Positions 1 through 11,061 of a stretch of 64,000 nt of DNA are shown here, in pieces. Under the pieces are notes generated by a model, which saw only the letters and a list, made by a program, of their open reading frames with translations, had not been told where the DNA came from and did not search any database. The DNA is taken from assembly GCF_000143415.4 (NCBI RefSeq), contig NW_003314373.1, positions 324,719-388,718 on the forward strand, read 5' to 3'. This DNA comes from Selaginella moellendorffii. Lineage: Eukaryota > Plantae > Lycopodiophyta. Position 1 is the first letter of the stretch, and the number at the start of each line of letters is the position of its first letter. Made by a program: the position numbers and the translations under genes.

Positions 1-599
1 TTTGCCTTCTTGGCCAGCAATCTAAAAACCAAGCACACCCTTGATCCCTTGGTCACCTCAGCGAGTTTGTTCCTACAACCGCGGAAAAAGATGGCATGGT
101 AGCAATCTGTCCTGGAATGGAAGTTGAATTCCTTGGATGAATCCTCATGCGAGATGGTGAGCTTTCCACCTGAGTGGCCAGATTGGGTGGGGAGCTGGAT
201 GATCATGGTCGCTAAGCAAGAACCCTTCATCACAAACATTAGAGGCTCACTACCTGATTCCATGAGAAACATCTCCGAGAGCTCCACTTCCACCTCCATG
301 CCGAGCTGAAGAGCCTGGGCAGCAATGTCGTGGGCGGCCTTTTCCAGGAAATCCGGATTCTCAGGGCACGAGATCTTGGAGGCACTCACTCTCCATATCT
401 GGAACCTATAGCGCTCAGCGGCTGCCTTGATCTTGTCCAGATCTTGCTGTGGCAAAGGAACATCGACCCTCCCGACGCCTTCCACTGAAAGAGAGGCTGG
501 AATCGTTGCTTCATCGATCTGGCCTCCAGTTGCGAACGCGATCGTGGGCTCCCCACCACGCCAAAGCGCCTGAAGAAGATCGTCCTTGAGCATCCCCAT
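1..599 (-). CDS. 2OG-Fe(II) oxygenase-like protein (fungal/bacterial type), probably catalytically degenerate; 3'-partial, runs off the window
   Basis: Not in the ORF track. Manual translation from ATG 599 stays open to base 1: MGMLKDDLLQALWRGGEPTIAFATGGQ...SLSVEGVGRVDVPLP...WRVSASKI...ENPDF...ELSEMFLMESG...ATMIIQLPTQSGHSGGKLTISH...AIFFRGCRNKLAEVTKGSRVCLVFRL. It matches the FATGG / L.VEGVG.I.LPL / TLV+.LPS.H.GG.L.V.H / PVTSGYR..L.Y.L pattern of this family but has no HxD. Confidence 0.65.
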   Translation of the reverse strand, partial: MGMLKDDLLQALWRGGEPTIAFATGGQIDEATIPASLSVEGVGRVDVPLPQQDLDKIKAAAERYRFQIWRVSASKISCPENPDFLEKAAHDIAAQALQLGMEVEVELSEMFLMESGSEPLMFVMKGSCLATMIIQLPTQSGHSGGKLTISHEDSSKEFNFHSRTDCYHAIFFRGCRNKLAEVTKGSRVCLVFRLLAKKA

Positions 600-624
600 A
601 AACAAACCCTTTTTGCCACCTTCG

Positions 625-668
625 TCAGGATATTCTAATATATATTTGTACTTATTAGAATATCCTGA
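625..668. repeat. Perfect 16-bp inverted repeat with 12-nt spacer
   Basis: TCAGGATATTCTAATA (625-640) / TATTAGAATATCCTGA (653-668). Confidence 0.85.
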
Positions 669-688
669 TTGATATTCTAAATCAAGCT

Positions 689-1933
689 TCATCTTGATTT
701 AGGAAAAGAGGGAGCCAAAAGCCGCGTACCTTTGAACATGGACAGGATTTCCCTCCGCTTGGGCTTTTTCAGCGGCGGAGTTGTCACGCCCAAATGCTGC
801 TGCTGCTGCTGATCCCAAGTGCTCCTCCGGCGATGATCCTCACCACCATCATCATCAGCCTCGCGTTTGACAGCACCATTCGCAAAATTCCCATCACCAT
901 CAACTTCAGTCTTCACTTTGGCTTCGATCACCTCCTGCTTCACGCGAGCTCTTGAGCAACGATCTGCGAAAGGCTGGAAACCGAGAGATCCATCGGCCGC
1001 CACCTTGACCTCGAACACACTTCGTTTCGCCCCTGGGCCAGGAACACCACACGGCTGGAAGGCGATAGAACCATTTGCTCCCACCACCACCTCGAAGATA
1101 CCGGAAACTGGCTTTGCCGCATTCTTGGTCCGACCATTTGTAACATTTGGCTTCACGTCGTGATCATCGACTTCTTGCTTGATCACGTCTTCTTGTTCTT
1201 CATCATCACCCATCTCTTCCTCGCCATACTGTTCTCCATATCCACGATGGCCATAGAAGTAGGCGAAGCTTTCATAAAAGCACGGGCGGGAGCGCTTCTC
1301 TCGCAGCCGCTGGAGCGAATCATCAAACAGCTGGTTGTAATCCATCATCTTGGCAGCCTGTGGCGATGATCCATGAGAAAGCACCACATTGTCCACACAT
1401 CCCAGGCGGATCTCCTCGCCCTTGGTCCGCTGATCCGGCAAGAGCTCCCCCACCTCCACATTCCTGTAGCAAGCCCACGATTTGACGCTCATGAGCCTCT
1501 CCATCACCACCACCTTCTCTGGAAATCCCCCTGCGCAGTAGAGCTCGCGCACGATCCAGCTCTGCTCCTCGCGACTGATCCGCGAGACCTTGTCCAGCGG
1601 CAGCCGGAAGTGGACGATGAGCCGCTGCATGGCCTCGAGATTGCAGTCGTTGTAGCGCTCGTACTCCGCGATCGCGGCCCGGCACTGCGACTCCGTGAGG
1701 GATTCGTGGCCCTCGCGATCGATGGCACCCACGATCAGCAGCATCTGCTTGGAGTAGCCCCAGGGCAGCGAGCCAGACGTCCAAGAACCAACACTGCCGC
1801 CCAATCTATCGGAGATTGCGGCATTGAGCTCCGCCCGGGAGGAGAATCCATCCCACCAGAGCTCCGGCATCACGCCATGGAATCCAGCGTACCAGGCCTG
1901 CTTGCGAGTGGGGAAGAATCGCGCGTCCACCAT
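689..1933 (-). CDS. Hypothetical protein (~414 aa) with acidic, low-complexity C-terminus and NLS-like PPLKKPKRR
   Basis: Long GC-rich single ORF, first ATG at 1933; repeated VKQE/VKTE/VKRE and FEV.V.A.GS..FQP units. Confidence 0.6.
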   Translation of the reverse strand: MVDARFFPTRKQAWYAGFHGVMPELWWDGFSSRAELNAAISDRLGGSVGSWTSGSLPWGYSKQMLLIVGAIDREGHESLTESQCRAAIAEYERYNDCNLEAMQRLIVHFRLPLDKVSRISREEQSWIVRELYCAGGFPEKVVVMERLMSVKSWACYRNVEVGELLPDQRTKGEEIRLGCVDNVVLSHGSSPQAAKMMDYNQLFDDSLQRLREKRSRPCFYESFAYFYGHRGYGEQYGEEEMGDDEEQEDVIKQEVDDHDVKPNVTNGRTKNAAKPVSGIFEVVVGANGSIAFQPCGVPGPGAKRSVFEVKVAADGSLGFQPFADRCSRARVKQEVIEAKVKTEVDGDGNFANGAVKREADDDGGEDHRRRSTWDQQQQQHLGVTTPPLKKPKRREILSMFKGTRLLAPSFPKSR

Positions 1934-2643
1934 CGCTGCTTGTATCAAGCCCTAGGCGCGCATTTTGTAACAGCTGTTTTTATATCTTGAACACGTGGAT
2001 TGATGACGTGGCGAATCCAAGGGTCGCGGCTTTAAACTCTTTGACTGTCGATCTCTTTCTCTTTAGGCGCGAAAAGGGAGAGAGCGAGAGAGAGAAGCGA
2101 TGGTGCGACCTGCTAGGCCAGCTTCTACCAATGCTCCATCTCTCATGAGGCGGCGGAGGAGGCGCCGAGGAAGAAAAGTAGGATCATCCACTCCAATTCC
2201 TTGAACTCTTCTCGATTGATTGGATTGAAATCGCCAAACGACCATGACACTCTTGGAACTTGGGAAATTGCAGAGACGCAGAAGAGGACACAAGAAGAGA
2301 TCGGCCTCCACGAGCGCTGGAACGAGGACCCAGCAGGGATAGATCAAGATCGATCGATCAAAAACTCCACCCACACATTGACAGAGCCATGATCTCTCGA
2401 TAAGTCGGTCACACATGAATAAAAAAACGCTCCTCCTTCCTCTTTAAAGACGATCTCCTCGAGTTTTCCAAATGAGATGACTTGAGCGCTTAGCGCTGCA
2501 TTCTAGAAATCTAAAGTTTTGAGACGAGCGAAGAATGGAAAGTGGCGACGTTGTGCTCTCGTGATCTTCCCTGGCAAATCTCTATCTGGTTCTTTAATCT
2601 TTGATTCCAGAAACTCAGAAAAAAGGTTGGAGATGATAGATAG

Positions 2644-4491
2644 ATGCAACAAAGATGGAAACTGGCGGCTCTAATAAGAAGTTGTGGCACTGTTCGTGAG
2701 CTTTTGGACATCAAACAACGCCTTCTGTTAGACGCCACTGACACTTTTCTCTCGAATTTAATCGTTTCGACGTTTGGAAGGCTGGGACACATCCAAGATG
2801 CAAAGAGGTTTTTCGATTCGATGCCCCACAAGAACGCCTTTTCGTGGAACATTCTTCTTCAAGAAAATGCCCGAAATTGGCATTTTGATGAAGCACAGTT
2901 TACTTTCAACAAGATGCCCTTCAAGGACGTCGTTTCGTCCACGATTGTATTGAAAATGCTTTGCCAGATCGCAGGCTTGGGGGAAGGTAAGAAGTTCTTT
3001 GAATCACTTCCACAAAGGAATGCCTTTTGCTGGAACGTTATAGTTGCAGCAAGTGCCCAAATCTCGGATTTCGGTAGCGCTGTCAAGCTTTTGCAAAAGA
3101 TGCCTGCGTTAAGTCTTGAGTCTTGCACTGCTGTTATCCAAGCGTTCCTCACGTCAAACGAGAGTTCTTTGTACGAACAAGCCAAGTCACTGTTTGATGA
3201 AATGCCAGAGAGAGATGTGGTGCTCTGGACCGCCATGGTTCAAGGATATGCCCAAGGCGGGCATATCGCAAGAGCTCAAACACTATTTCACAAAATGCCA
3301 TGCCACGACGTGATGGTCTACTCCGCACTCCTAGAGCTGTGCTCCACCCTGGAAGAACTCAAACGCTTGTTTGATGCAATGCCCGAGAAGAACTTCGTCG
3401 CCTGGACGTGTCTTCTGCAAGCGTCTGCTCATCACAAACACGTAAGAGAAGCAAAGCTTGTGTTTGATCTGTTTCCATGCCACGACGTGGTTTCCTGCAC
3501 TGTTCTTCTCGAGGCCAGCATTCTCTCGGACAGAATCCAAGAAGCAAAATCACTCTTTGATGCAATGCCACGGAGAAACAGCGTGTGCTGGAACGCCCTC
3601 TCGTCAAGCTATGCCCAAGCCGGGCATATGGCAGCCGCCATAGAAGTGCTAAGAAAGATGCCAGAGTCGACAGCGGCCTCCTTCGCAGCCATGATCACTG
3701 GATTCGGAGTCGCTGGTTGCATCGGCGAGGCGAAATCCATCTTCGACATCTCCCCGGAAAGAATGCAATCGTCTTGGAACGCTCTGATGCAGTGCTGCAG
3801 GAGCAAGGGAGTCGAAACTCTCGAGACCATCTTCCACAGGATGCCGTGCTGGGACCTCTTCGGCAAGAACATCTTGCTGCTGGGATTTGCACAGAGTGGG
3901 CATATCAAAGCGGCCTCCGAGCTCTTCCACTCCATTCCCGACAAGGACACCGCCTCCTGGAACTCGATGCTCGCAGCTCACGCTTTGCATGGAGATCTCG
4001 AGTCGGCAGCATCCACTTTCGCAACTCTCGCTCGCCCGGACTTGCTGTCGTGGAACTCAATGCTCGCAGCTTATGCTCGGAGTGGAGACTGCCGAGCAGC
4101 GATCCATCTCCTCCAAAGAATGGTTCTGGAGGGTGACACGCCTGATGAAATCTCCTTCCTCAACGTCCTTTCCGGAGTCACTCACAGAGGCCTTGTCGAC
4201 CAAGGCCTCCTGCATTTCCAGTCGATGAGGAGTGACTTTTGCCTGGAACCGAAAGTGGAGCACTACACCTGCGTCCTCAATCTCCTCTCTTGCTGCGCGA
4301 GTCGAGAAGATCTGGAAGTTTTGATCGACACCATGCCTTGCCTTCCTGGAAGTTTTTCCTGGAGATCTCTCCTGTCCGCTTGCCAGAGCTTCCAGACCGG
4401 CGATCAAGCGGCAGCACGGCTCCTGGAGATGGATTCCAACAATGCCGCAACTCTCGTGATGCTGTCCAACATGCTCAAACTTCCGGCTTGA
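2644..4491 (+). CDS. Pentatricopeptide repeat protein, PLS/E class (no DYW)
   Basis: 615-aa ORF with ~31-aa repeats (FD.MP.+DVVSW..), PDEISFLNVLS, P.VEHYTC and WRSLLSAC E-domain motifs. Confidence 0.93.
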   Translation: MQQRWKLAALIRSCGTVRELLDIKQRLLLDATDTFLSNLIVSTFGRLGHIQDAKRFFDSMPHKNAFSWNILLQENARNWHFDEAQFTFNKMPFKDVVSSTIVLKMLCQIAGLGEGKKFFESLPQRNAFCWNVIVAASAQISDFGSAVKLLQKMPALSLESCTAVIQAFLTSNESSLYEQAKSLFDEMPERDVVLWTAMVQGYAQGGHIARAQTLFHKMPCHDVMVYSALLELCSTLEELKRLFDAMPEKNFVAWTCLLQASAHHKHVREAKLVFDLFPCHDVVSCTVLLEASILSDRIQEAKSLFDAMPRRNSVCWNALSSSYAQAGHMAAAIEVLRKMPESTAASFAAMITGFGVAGCIGEAKSIFDISPERMQSSWNALMQCCRSKGVETLETIFHRMPCWDLFGKNILLLGFAQSGHIKAASELFHSIPDKDTASWNSMLAAHALHGDLESAASTFATLARPDLLSWNSMLAAYARSGDCRAAIHLLQRMVLEGDTPDEISFLNVLSGVTHRGLVDQGLLHFQSMRSDFCLEPKVEHYTCVLNLLSCCASREDLEVLIDTMPCLPGSFSWRSLLSACQSFQTGDQAAARLLEMDSNNAATLVMLSNMLKLPA

Positions 4492-6715
4492 TGATCGTAG
4501 ATCTCTTCCTGAGAGCTCGGGCTTTGGAGGACCTCGAGTACCCGAGCTCAGCATGGATGTTTGACAGCAGCACGTATGAAGAGGTGTCGAATGGAGCCAG
4601 CTGCGTAACTTGCTCAGCGGCCACTCCTCCAAGCTCGGTGTCACAGTGGATCTTGCAAGCGCTCAGCAGAGCTCTCCACACGACGTCGTCCACTTCCAAG
4701 CTCTTGACAAGGATAAGCTCCTCGGCCTCCTTGAGCCACCCCGCTCGACCGAGAAGATCGACCACACACGCGTAGTGTTCTGCTGTTGGAGTGAGCCCGT
4801 AGTCCAGTTTCATCGACCAGAGGTGCCTTTGTCCGACTTCCATCCGTCCCGCATGGCTGCAAGCAGCCAGGACGCACGTAAACGTCACCAGGCTCGGCTT
4901 CGTCCCGTCCAAAACCATCTCCGTGTAGAGGTCGAGAGCTTCCAGCGGACGAGCGTTTCTCGCATAAGCAGCAACCATCGTTGTCCAAGTTATCACGTTC
5001 CTCGTCTTCATCTTGTCAAAGATGGCCTTTGCAGCGTCCACGCTTCCACACTTCCCATACATGTTCATCAGCGAGTTCTCGACGAGGAACGCCGAACCGA
5101 GTCCCTTGTCGACAATCCGCTCGTGGAACTTCCTGGCATCCTGGAGCGATTTCACCTCGCCATAGGCCCCGGCAACCATAGCCAGAGTTATCGGAACCGG
5201 AGCCACACCCTGCCTCTCCATCTCCTCGTAAGTTCCAATCACCTCGAGAGGACACCCGTGCTGTGCACAGGCCGAGATCATTGCTGTCCAAGTGATGAAG
5301 TTCTTCTCTGGCATGGTATCGAACATCTCCTTTGCATCCTCGAGACGGCCACAGTTGGAGTACATGGTGACAAGCGCATTGTCCGTAGCCAGTGTGTGAG
5401 AGCCTGTTGTTGTGATATGAGCGTGGATCTCTCTGGCCTCCTTGAGACTGCAACAAGCTGTGACGATCGTCGGAAACAGCATAAAGTCGGGATCCACACC
5501 CTGTCTCTTCATCTCTCGATACAAATCCATAGCTTGCCGGTCGAAGCCTCTCCGAGCGTAGGCTGTGAGCATGGTCGTCCAAGAGCTCATGTTCTTGTGC
5601 TCAGTTCCATCAAAAACCCGCCTCGCAACCTCCAAGTTTTCACAGTTGGCGTACATTGCCACCAGTCCGTTCCTCACCCCGACGTGATTGCCAAAACCAG
5701 TTGCTATGGCGCGAAAGTTAAACCATCGGCACTCCTCCTGGCTCTCACAGGCCCCGAAAACGCTGGTAAAAGTCACCCAGTCCTGGACGATTCCATTCAA
5801 GTCCATCGTCCAGAAAAGCCTCATAGCCTGCCTCGTATACCCGTTCTGGACATAAGCTCCGATCATCGTGTTCCACGAAACGACGTCCCTCTCCAGACTC
5901 TTCTCGAAACAGTCCTCCGCAAGCTCTACACTTCCACACTTGGCGTACATGTAAACCAGGGCGTTCTGGACCTTCATGTCCGAGTCCCATCCACCGTCAA
6001 CTATCCTCCTGTGGATCTTCTTCCCAGTCTCCAAATCGCAGCAAGCACCGAGAACGCAGGCAAACGTTGTCGTCGTTGGTTCAACGTCCATTGCTTCGTA
6101 TAGCTCAACAGCCTCTCCGAGATGCCCACTCTGGGTATAAGCCGAGATGATAGAGTTCCAGGAAACCACGTCCTTCTGGGCCATACTATCAAACACTTTC
6201 CTTGCATCCTCGAGACTCTGGCACTTGGAGTACATGTTCACCAGCGCGTTCTGGACGACCCGGCTCATCTGTGAATCAGTTGCCAGGATCTTCTGGTGAA
6301 TGGCTTTTCCTTCTGGCAAAGCTCCCGGACCACAGCAAGCTCCGAGAATCCGAGAGTAGGTATGTGAGTCGGGATCTTCCATCGAGTGAAACAAACTCAA
6401 GGCCTTGCTGTGATAACCGTGCTGGATGAACGCACTGATCATGAAGTTGAATGTGATGGGCCGTTTGCACGGCATCCTCTCGAAGATCTGACGAGCGTCT
6501 TCCAGGCTGCCGCAGCTGCTATACATCTTGATAAGCTGGTCACCCAAAAGAGCGTTGCTGCCAAACCCAGCCTCTACAAGATGAGCGTGGACGAGCTTTC
6601 CATGGGCCAAACTCTTGGAGCTGACACACTGCTGCAGTAGAGAGACGTAGCCGCTGACTCGGTTGATGCGTTGCTTTAAGGCGTCTTCGATTTCTCTCAA
6701 CGCTGGCTTGATCAT
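4475..6715 (-). CDS. Pentatricopeptide repeat protein, PLS/E class
   Basis: 746-aa ORF with NALVNMYSKC, DVVSWN, EHYACVVDLLGRAG, WRALLSAC, YVLLSNI. Confidence 0.95.
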   Translation of the reverse strand: MIKPALREIEDALKQRINRVSGYVSLLQQCVSSKSLAHGKLVHAHLVEAGFGSNALLGDQLIKMYSSCGSLEDARQIFERMPCKRPITFNFMISAFIQHGYHSKALSLFHSMEDPDSHTYSRILGACCGPGALPEGKAIHQKILATDSQMSRVVQNALVNMYSKCQSLEDARKVFDSMAQKDVVSWNSIISAYTQSGHLGEAVELYEAMDVEPTTTTFACVLGACCDLETGKKIHRRIVDGGWDSDMKVQNALVYMYAKCGSVELAEDCFEKSLERDVVSWNTMIGAYVQNGYTRQAMRLFWTMDLNGIVQDWVTFTSVFGACESQEECRWFNFRAIATGFGNHVGVRNGLVAMYANCENLEVARRVFDGTEHKNMSSWTTMLTAYARRGFDRQAMDLYREMKRQGVDPDFMLFPTIVTACCSLKEAREIHAHITTTGSHTLATDNALVTMYSNCGRLEDAKEMFDTMPEKNFITWTAMISACAQHGCPLEVIGTYEEMERQGVAPVPITLAMVAGAYGEVKSLQDARKFHERIVDKGLGSAFLVENSLMNMYGKCGSVDAAKAIFDKMKTRNVITWTTMVAAYARNARPLEALDLYTEMVLDGTKPSLVTFTCVLAACSHAGRMEVGQRHLWSMKLDYGLTPTAEHYACVVDLLGRAGWLKEAEELILVKSLEVDDVVWRALLSACKIHCDTELGGVAAEQVTQLAPFDTSSYVLLSNIHAELGYSRSSKARALRKRSTIIKPEV

Positions 6716-6798
6716 ATCATCCTGATAAAAGATGCCATCAACTCAGTCATGGTATAGTACCTTTGTGAAAAAACCTGTGTTGTCTTCCTGTCTGTTTC

Positions 6799-7918
6799 TC
6801 AAAACAGGTTGATGCCAAAAATCTCTCCAGCCAAAATCGAGAGCCCAACTGCGATAGCTATCAGCGACGAGCCCAGTGACAGTCTCTGAGTTATCCACGG
6901 GACCCTCTTCTGCAAGGCCTCGCTACACGAACCAACGAAAGCGGTGTAGCTAGCCATCGCCACCACCGTCCCCAGCAAGAACATGAAAAGAAAAGCCACA
7001 CCTGCTAGTCGAGAAGGCAATGCCAGCGCTGGAAGAATGACGAGCAAAGCGTCCGGCTGGAGGCCATGGACTACTCCCGTCCCAAAAGTTGCAAATCCAA
7101 AAGGCTTTTTCCGCTCCTGAACTCCGCCACTGTCTTCGTAGTCTGCTTCACAGCCCTCCCCTGCGAGGCAAGGGATCGGAACTTCCTGTGCCTCTTTAAT
7201 TCCCACCGCGCCGATTACGAGAAGAGTGACACCGACAACTCGAGCGCTCCATGTTCTCAAGAGGTCAATCTGTAGCTTCTCTTTGAGCACCAGGAACAGC
7301 AACCCGAAGAGGATCTGGCCAGCGTCATGACCGCAACCCCACAGCGCTCCCACAAAAGCACCTTCCATCTTCGTGCGACCGATTGAGAGAGGTGCCAAAG
7401 CAGCAAGGTGGTCGGGTCCTGTGAGAGTGTGTAGACATCCGGCCATGAGTCCCGTCCATGCGCTCGTAAGAAGCTCGGGAACACGAAGTCCTTTGGCTGT
7501 AGAGCTAGCAGCGGAGAGTGTGATGGTGGAAGCTAGCGCAGGGGCAGCTCTCAAAAGGATGACTGGCAAAACAACCGGAAGAACCTTCGTGATCTACCAA
7601 GGCAAAGAGAACGAAATCAAAACAAAATATATCCATCGTACTACATGATCTTACCAGCTTTAAGACGCAAAATTTCTGGTCGATGTGCTCGTTCTTACAG
7701 TGATTGTTGCTGACTTGTCCAGGAAGAACAGCTCTTGCAGCATGCCGACTCACCGACCATGGCGAAAGTTTTGGCCGTAGCCTCAGTGCCTCCAAAGATC
7801 GAGGAAAACGCCTTTGAGTTCTAGAAATTCGCTGAGACAAGACTGGAAAAGCCCTGATGTGTTCTCCAGGGAGAAAAGTACGAGGATCGCTGAGACAAGG
7901 CCGACAAATCTGTGCCAT
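6799..7918 (-). CDS. Plastid NiCoT/UreH-like membrane protein (CGF-like), 2 exons
   Basis: AGCLHTLTGPDHLAALAPL, GALWGCGHDAGQ and GVVHGLQPDAL motifs; transit-peptide-like exon 1 (7918-7655); GT-AG intron 7654-7594 keeps the frame. Confidence 0.88.
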
Positions 7919-8393
7919 ACTTGAGAGAAATCTGGCGCTGAGGAAGCAGCTGGTAGCGAACCTAGGAAATCCTCACCTGGGGACCTCAAAAAGCTCAGAT
8001 TCAGATCGAAATTCCCTGGAACGAAGCAATGTGAGCATGAAATCCGAGCGCGATGCGCAAAAAAAGGAGAAAAAATACCTTGACGCTACGGGGAGCATTC
8101 CAAGCTAGCGATGAACCCTAAAAACAACCACTACTAACACACGCGTGAAGGAGAGAAGAGGAGGTCAAATTGTTCCTCCTCTCGCAAAAAGCGCATCAAA
8201 ACCGTTCTTCAGAAAAACGTGGCAGCACATCGTGCCGTCCACGTGGGATGCACTTTACGATAGGGGTCATGGATCGCGCAACCGTCGATCCAGATACGTT
8301 ACGGTGCCAACGGTGTGGATAAATTAGTATAAGTATATGTACATCAATCGGAGCCGTCCGATTTCATAGTGCTAACTGGACGGCTCAGATGCG

Positions 8394-9405
8394 TCAGCCT
8401 TGATCTTTGCTTGAGCTCTCGACTTCTTCGCCGACGAGAACGTCGGCGTACGCTAGCTGTGTCAATAGAAGTGTGAGGATGATTCCATACGAGGCGAGTT
8501 TCCATGGACGCATTAAGGTTCCTGTTAGGAGGCCTGGAAGTTCCACCAAAGTTCTTGTCAATTGGATCGATTGAGAGAAGGAAAGAAAACTCACCAGAGC
8601 CAGAACTGTAAACAAACGAGGCCAGGACCAGGGAGATTCCTCCGGACAAAAACTGCTTGTAACTTGCGCTAAAGTTTCCCGATGGTGAGCTAACTACCAA
8701 ATCCTGGAGAACAAAAGCAGTCAAGAACTGTGAAGTTCACGAAGAGAATCTTGCGAACCTTTCTAGATGCCTTGGATCTATCCGGAGCAGTGTACAAATT
8801 CTTGAAGAACAGCCCCTCGTTTCGGAGATGAGCAGACCAGCGCTGATACTCGTCAATGGATTTGGATTGAGCCTATGTCGAAAGAAAAAAGACATAAGAA
8901 CAGTGAAAACTTCTACAGTTCTTTACGTACCTCAAGATCGGCACGAGCCATTCGAAGTTCCTCTTCGATTGCACCAGCACCAGCATCAAGCTCCCTAAGC
9001 ACCTGACGCAAGAAGAAAAAACGAAGAAATCTTGATGAGAACCAAAAAACCCAAGGACAAAAAAAAACGAAGAATACATACCCGGCTTCCAGCGGCATCG
9101 AGCTCTTTCATCGCACGAAACGCAATTCGAGCATGGTCGTGACGATAGTCTTGCGCAATAGTTTTCATGTACTGCGACCTTTCCTCCACAAATTCCGACA
9201 TCTTCACCTTGCTTACTTGCATCTGGATCATCTCCACCAGCGCTCTTTGGACCTGGACATCGCCTCCCATTCCATTCCCATCTGAATCGCCATCCCTGGC
9301 GCTACATTGGACCATCAGCCTGCTCGTCCTGGATCGGCCGCGGCCAGGGTTGATCACAAACAAATCTAGCGCCGGCGCCCTGTATCCCTCTACCTTGAGC
9401 AACAT
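8394..9405 (-). CDS. Conserved uncharacterized plant (probably plastid) protein with C-terminal TM helices, multi-exon
   Basis: Spliced frames MLLKVEG...ALVEMIQMQVSK...LRELD...RNEGLFFKNLY...WKLASYGIILTLLLTQLAY; short GT-AG introns. Confidence 0.7.
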
Positions 9406-9558
9406 CTCGCCACTAGAATCAAACTGAAAAGCGCTAGAATCGCAATGGATCTGTACCACGTCGCGCTCCCGAGCTCCAGGAACCCTAGGCGAGAAGCACG
9501 CTTGACACGCAATGCCTCTCTCTTGCGTGTAACAACGACGCTCACAAGCCAAGAAAAG

Positions 9559-9630
9559 AGGTCCCACCGAGATTCGAACTCGGGCTCTTGGATTCAAAGT
9601 CCAATGTCGTAACCACTAGACTATGGGACC
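9559..9630 (-). tRNA. tRNA-Gln (anticodon UUG)
   Basis: Reverse complement GGTCCCATAGTCTAGTGGTTACGACATTGGACTTTGAATCCAAGAGCCCGAGTTCGAATCTCGGTGGGACCT: 72 nt, paired acceptor stem, A/B boxes, TTG anticodon. Confidence 0.95.
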
Positions 9631-9755
9631 ATTATTTACTAAAAATCACTTCGTATTAGTCCAAACCAAATTCTCTCAAACAAAATACACTCAATCCCAG
9701 TATTGGGTTGCCGCAGTAAAACCATATCAAGGAGAAGAAAAAATAAGTAAAGAAG

Positions 9756-11061
9756 CTATGCTGGGAAACTGGAAGACGAGGATCCCATTTGCACCTTACC
9801 ACCGTTTGCAAACGTTTCTTTCTCGGCATTTTTCTTCCTCTTGAAGTAGATGATCCAAGTGAGGATTTCCAGAATGAAGCTCACGATGGCCGCCAGCACC
9901 ACGAAGCCAGTGTAGGCGTTGTGCCACCGTCGCTTGGGCTGGAGGATCTCCAAACCTTTGTAGATGTTTGTGAAGATGAGGATGAGCATGAGGTAGCCGA
10001 TGGAGTGATGGTAAGCGTTCCAGTAGAGCCTGAGCTTGTGCTCCTTGTTTGGACGAAACGCTACTCCAAAAACCTGGGAAGGAAGTCGCAAGCTCGTAGA
10101 CTCGTAGTATATCAGCAAAGTTCTTACCTGTAGACAGGCGAAACTAAAGATTGCAATGCCAATGTTTCGATGAACATCATGGACGATCCCTTTGGAGTAA
10201 CTTCCAAGCCTCAATCCAATGAGCCAGCCAATGGATCCCAGCAGCAAGCCAAGGCTTTGCAGAGATATGTGGACGTAGAACCAAACTTTCTCGGAGAAGG
10301 GCCTGGCATAGCGAGCAGTCATCATTCCAAGCGGGAGAAAAATCCCCCATCCAACTGCATTGAGAGCTCCATGGCTCTGGAAGAACAAAGGAAGAACACC
10401 AAGCGTAAGAAGAAAGCGAGAGAGCAAAAGAGCTAACCTGCTTGAGACTTTGATGAGGAGGCTCGGTGTCTATCACGGATCTGGTGCTCAGATCGATGAC
10501 ACCAACACCACTGCGATCTTCCGGAGAGAGTCCATGCTGGAGCGGCGAAACTCCAATCGTCTTGGAGCCTCGGTTCCACACATGGTTGATCTTAGTCTGG
10601 TTTGGCCGGAGCTGGATGGTGGCAAAGATGGTCACAGTGGTGCCAGTGATCTCCACAGCCTTGTCGAGCACCGAGACATCCAGAGTTCCTGGAGTGAGCT
10701 GAGCTCCGGCTTGAATATCAGTGGTGAGCTTGTAAGTGTCGACATAGCTCCTGTCTTGGGTCCTAAAGCCGATCAAGGCATTGGTCCCAACCATCACTGG
10801 CCTGCTGCCCAGATTGATCCCCCAGCCCACCCATCCCATGGGGCTCGCGGCTTGTCCCAAGAACGCGACCTTGAGCGTGCTATCGGCTGGATCGTAAGTC
10901 CAGGCCAGCGCCGCCGGGCCTGTGAGAGTGTTGCAAGCACCGAAATACCTGGTCTGGCCCTTGTATGTGAACGGCGACGTGCAATCCAGCGCCGCCTCCG
11001 CCGCGCGCGCGACGAGGATGGAGAGGGCGAGCAGCAGCAGCGCGCGCCTGGGGATCCACAT
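9756..11061 (-). CDS. DOMON domain + cytochrome b561 protein (AIR12/CYBDOM family), 3 exons
   Basis: Signal peptide, GWVGWGIN...MVGTNAL DOMON, HGALNAVGWG, WFYVH, HRNIG and YWNAYHH heme ligands. Confidence 0.92.

Noticed and set aside
2063-2416. Short ORFs on both strands, including an Arg-rich one
   Set aside because: No motif, paralog or splice support
4610-6103. 497-aa plus-strand ORF
   Set aside because: Antisense shadow of the PPR gene; no recognisable motifs
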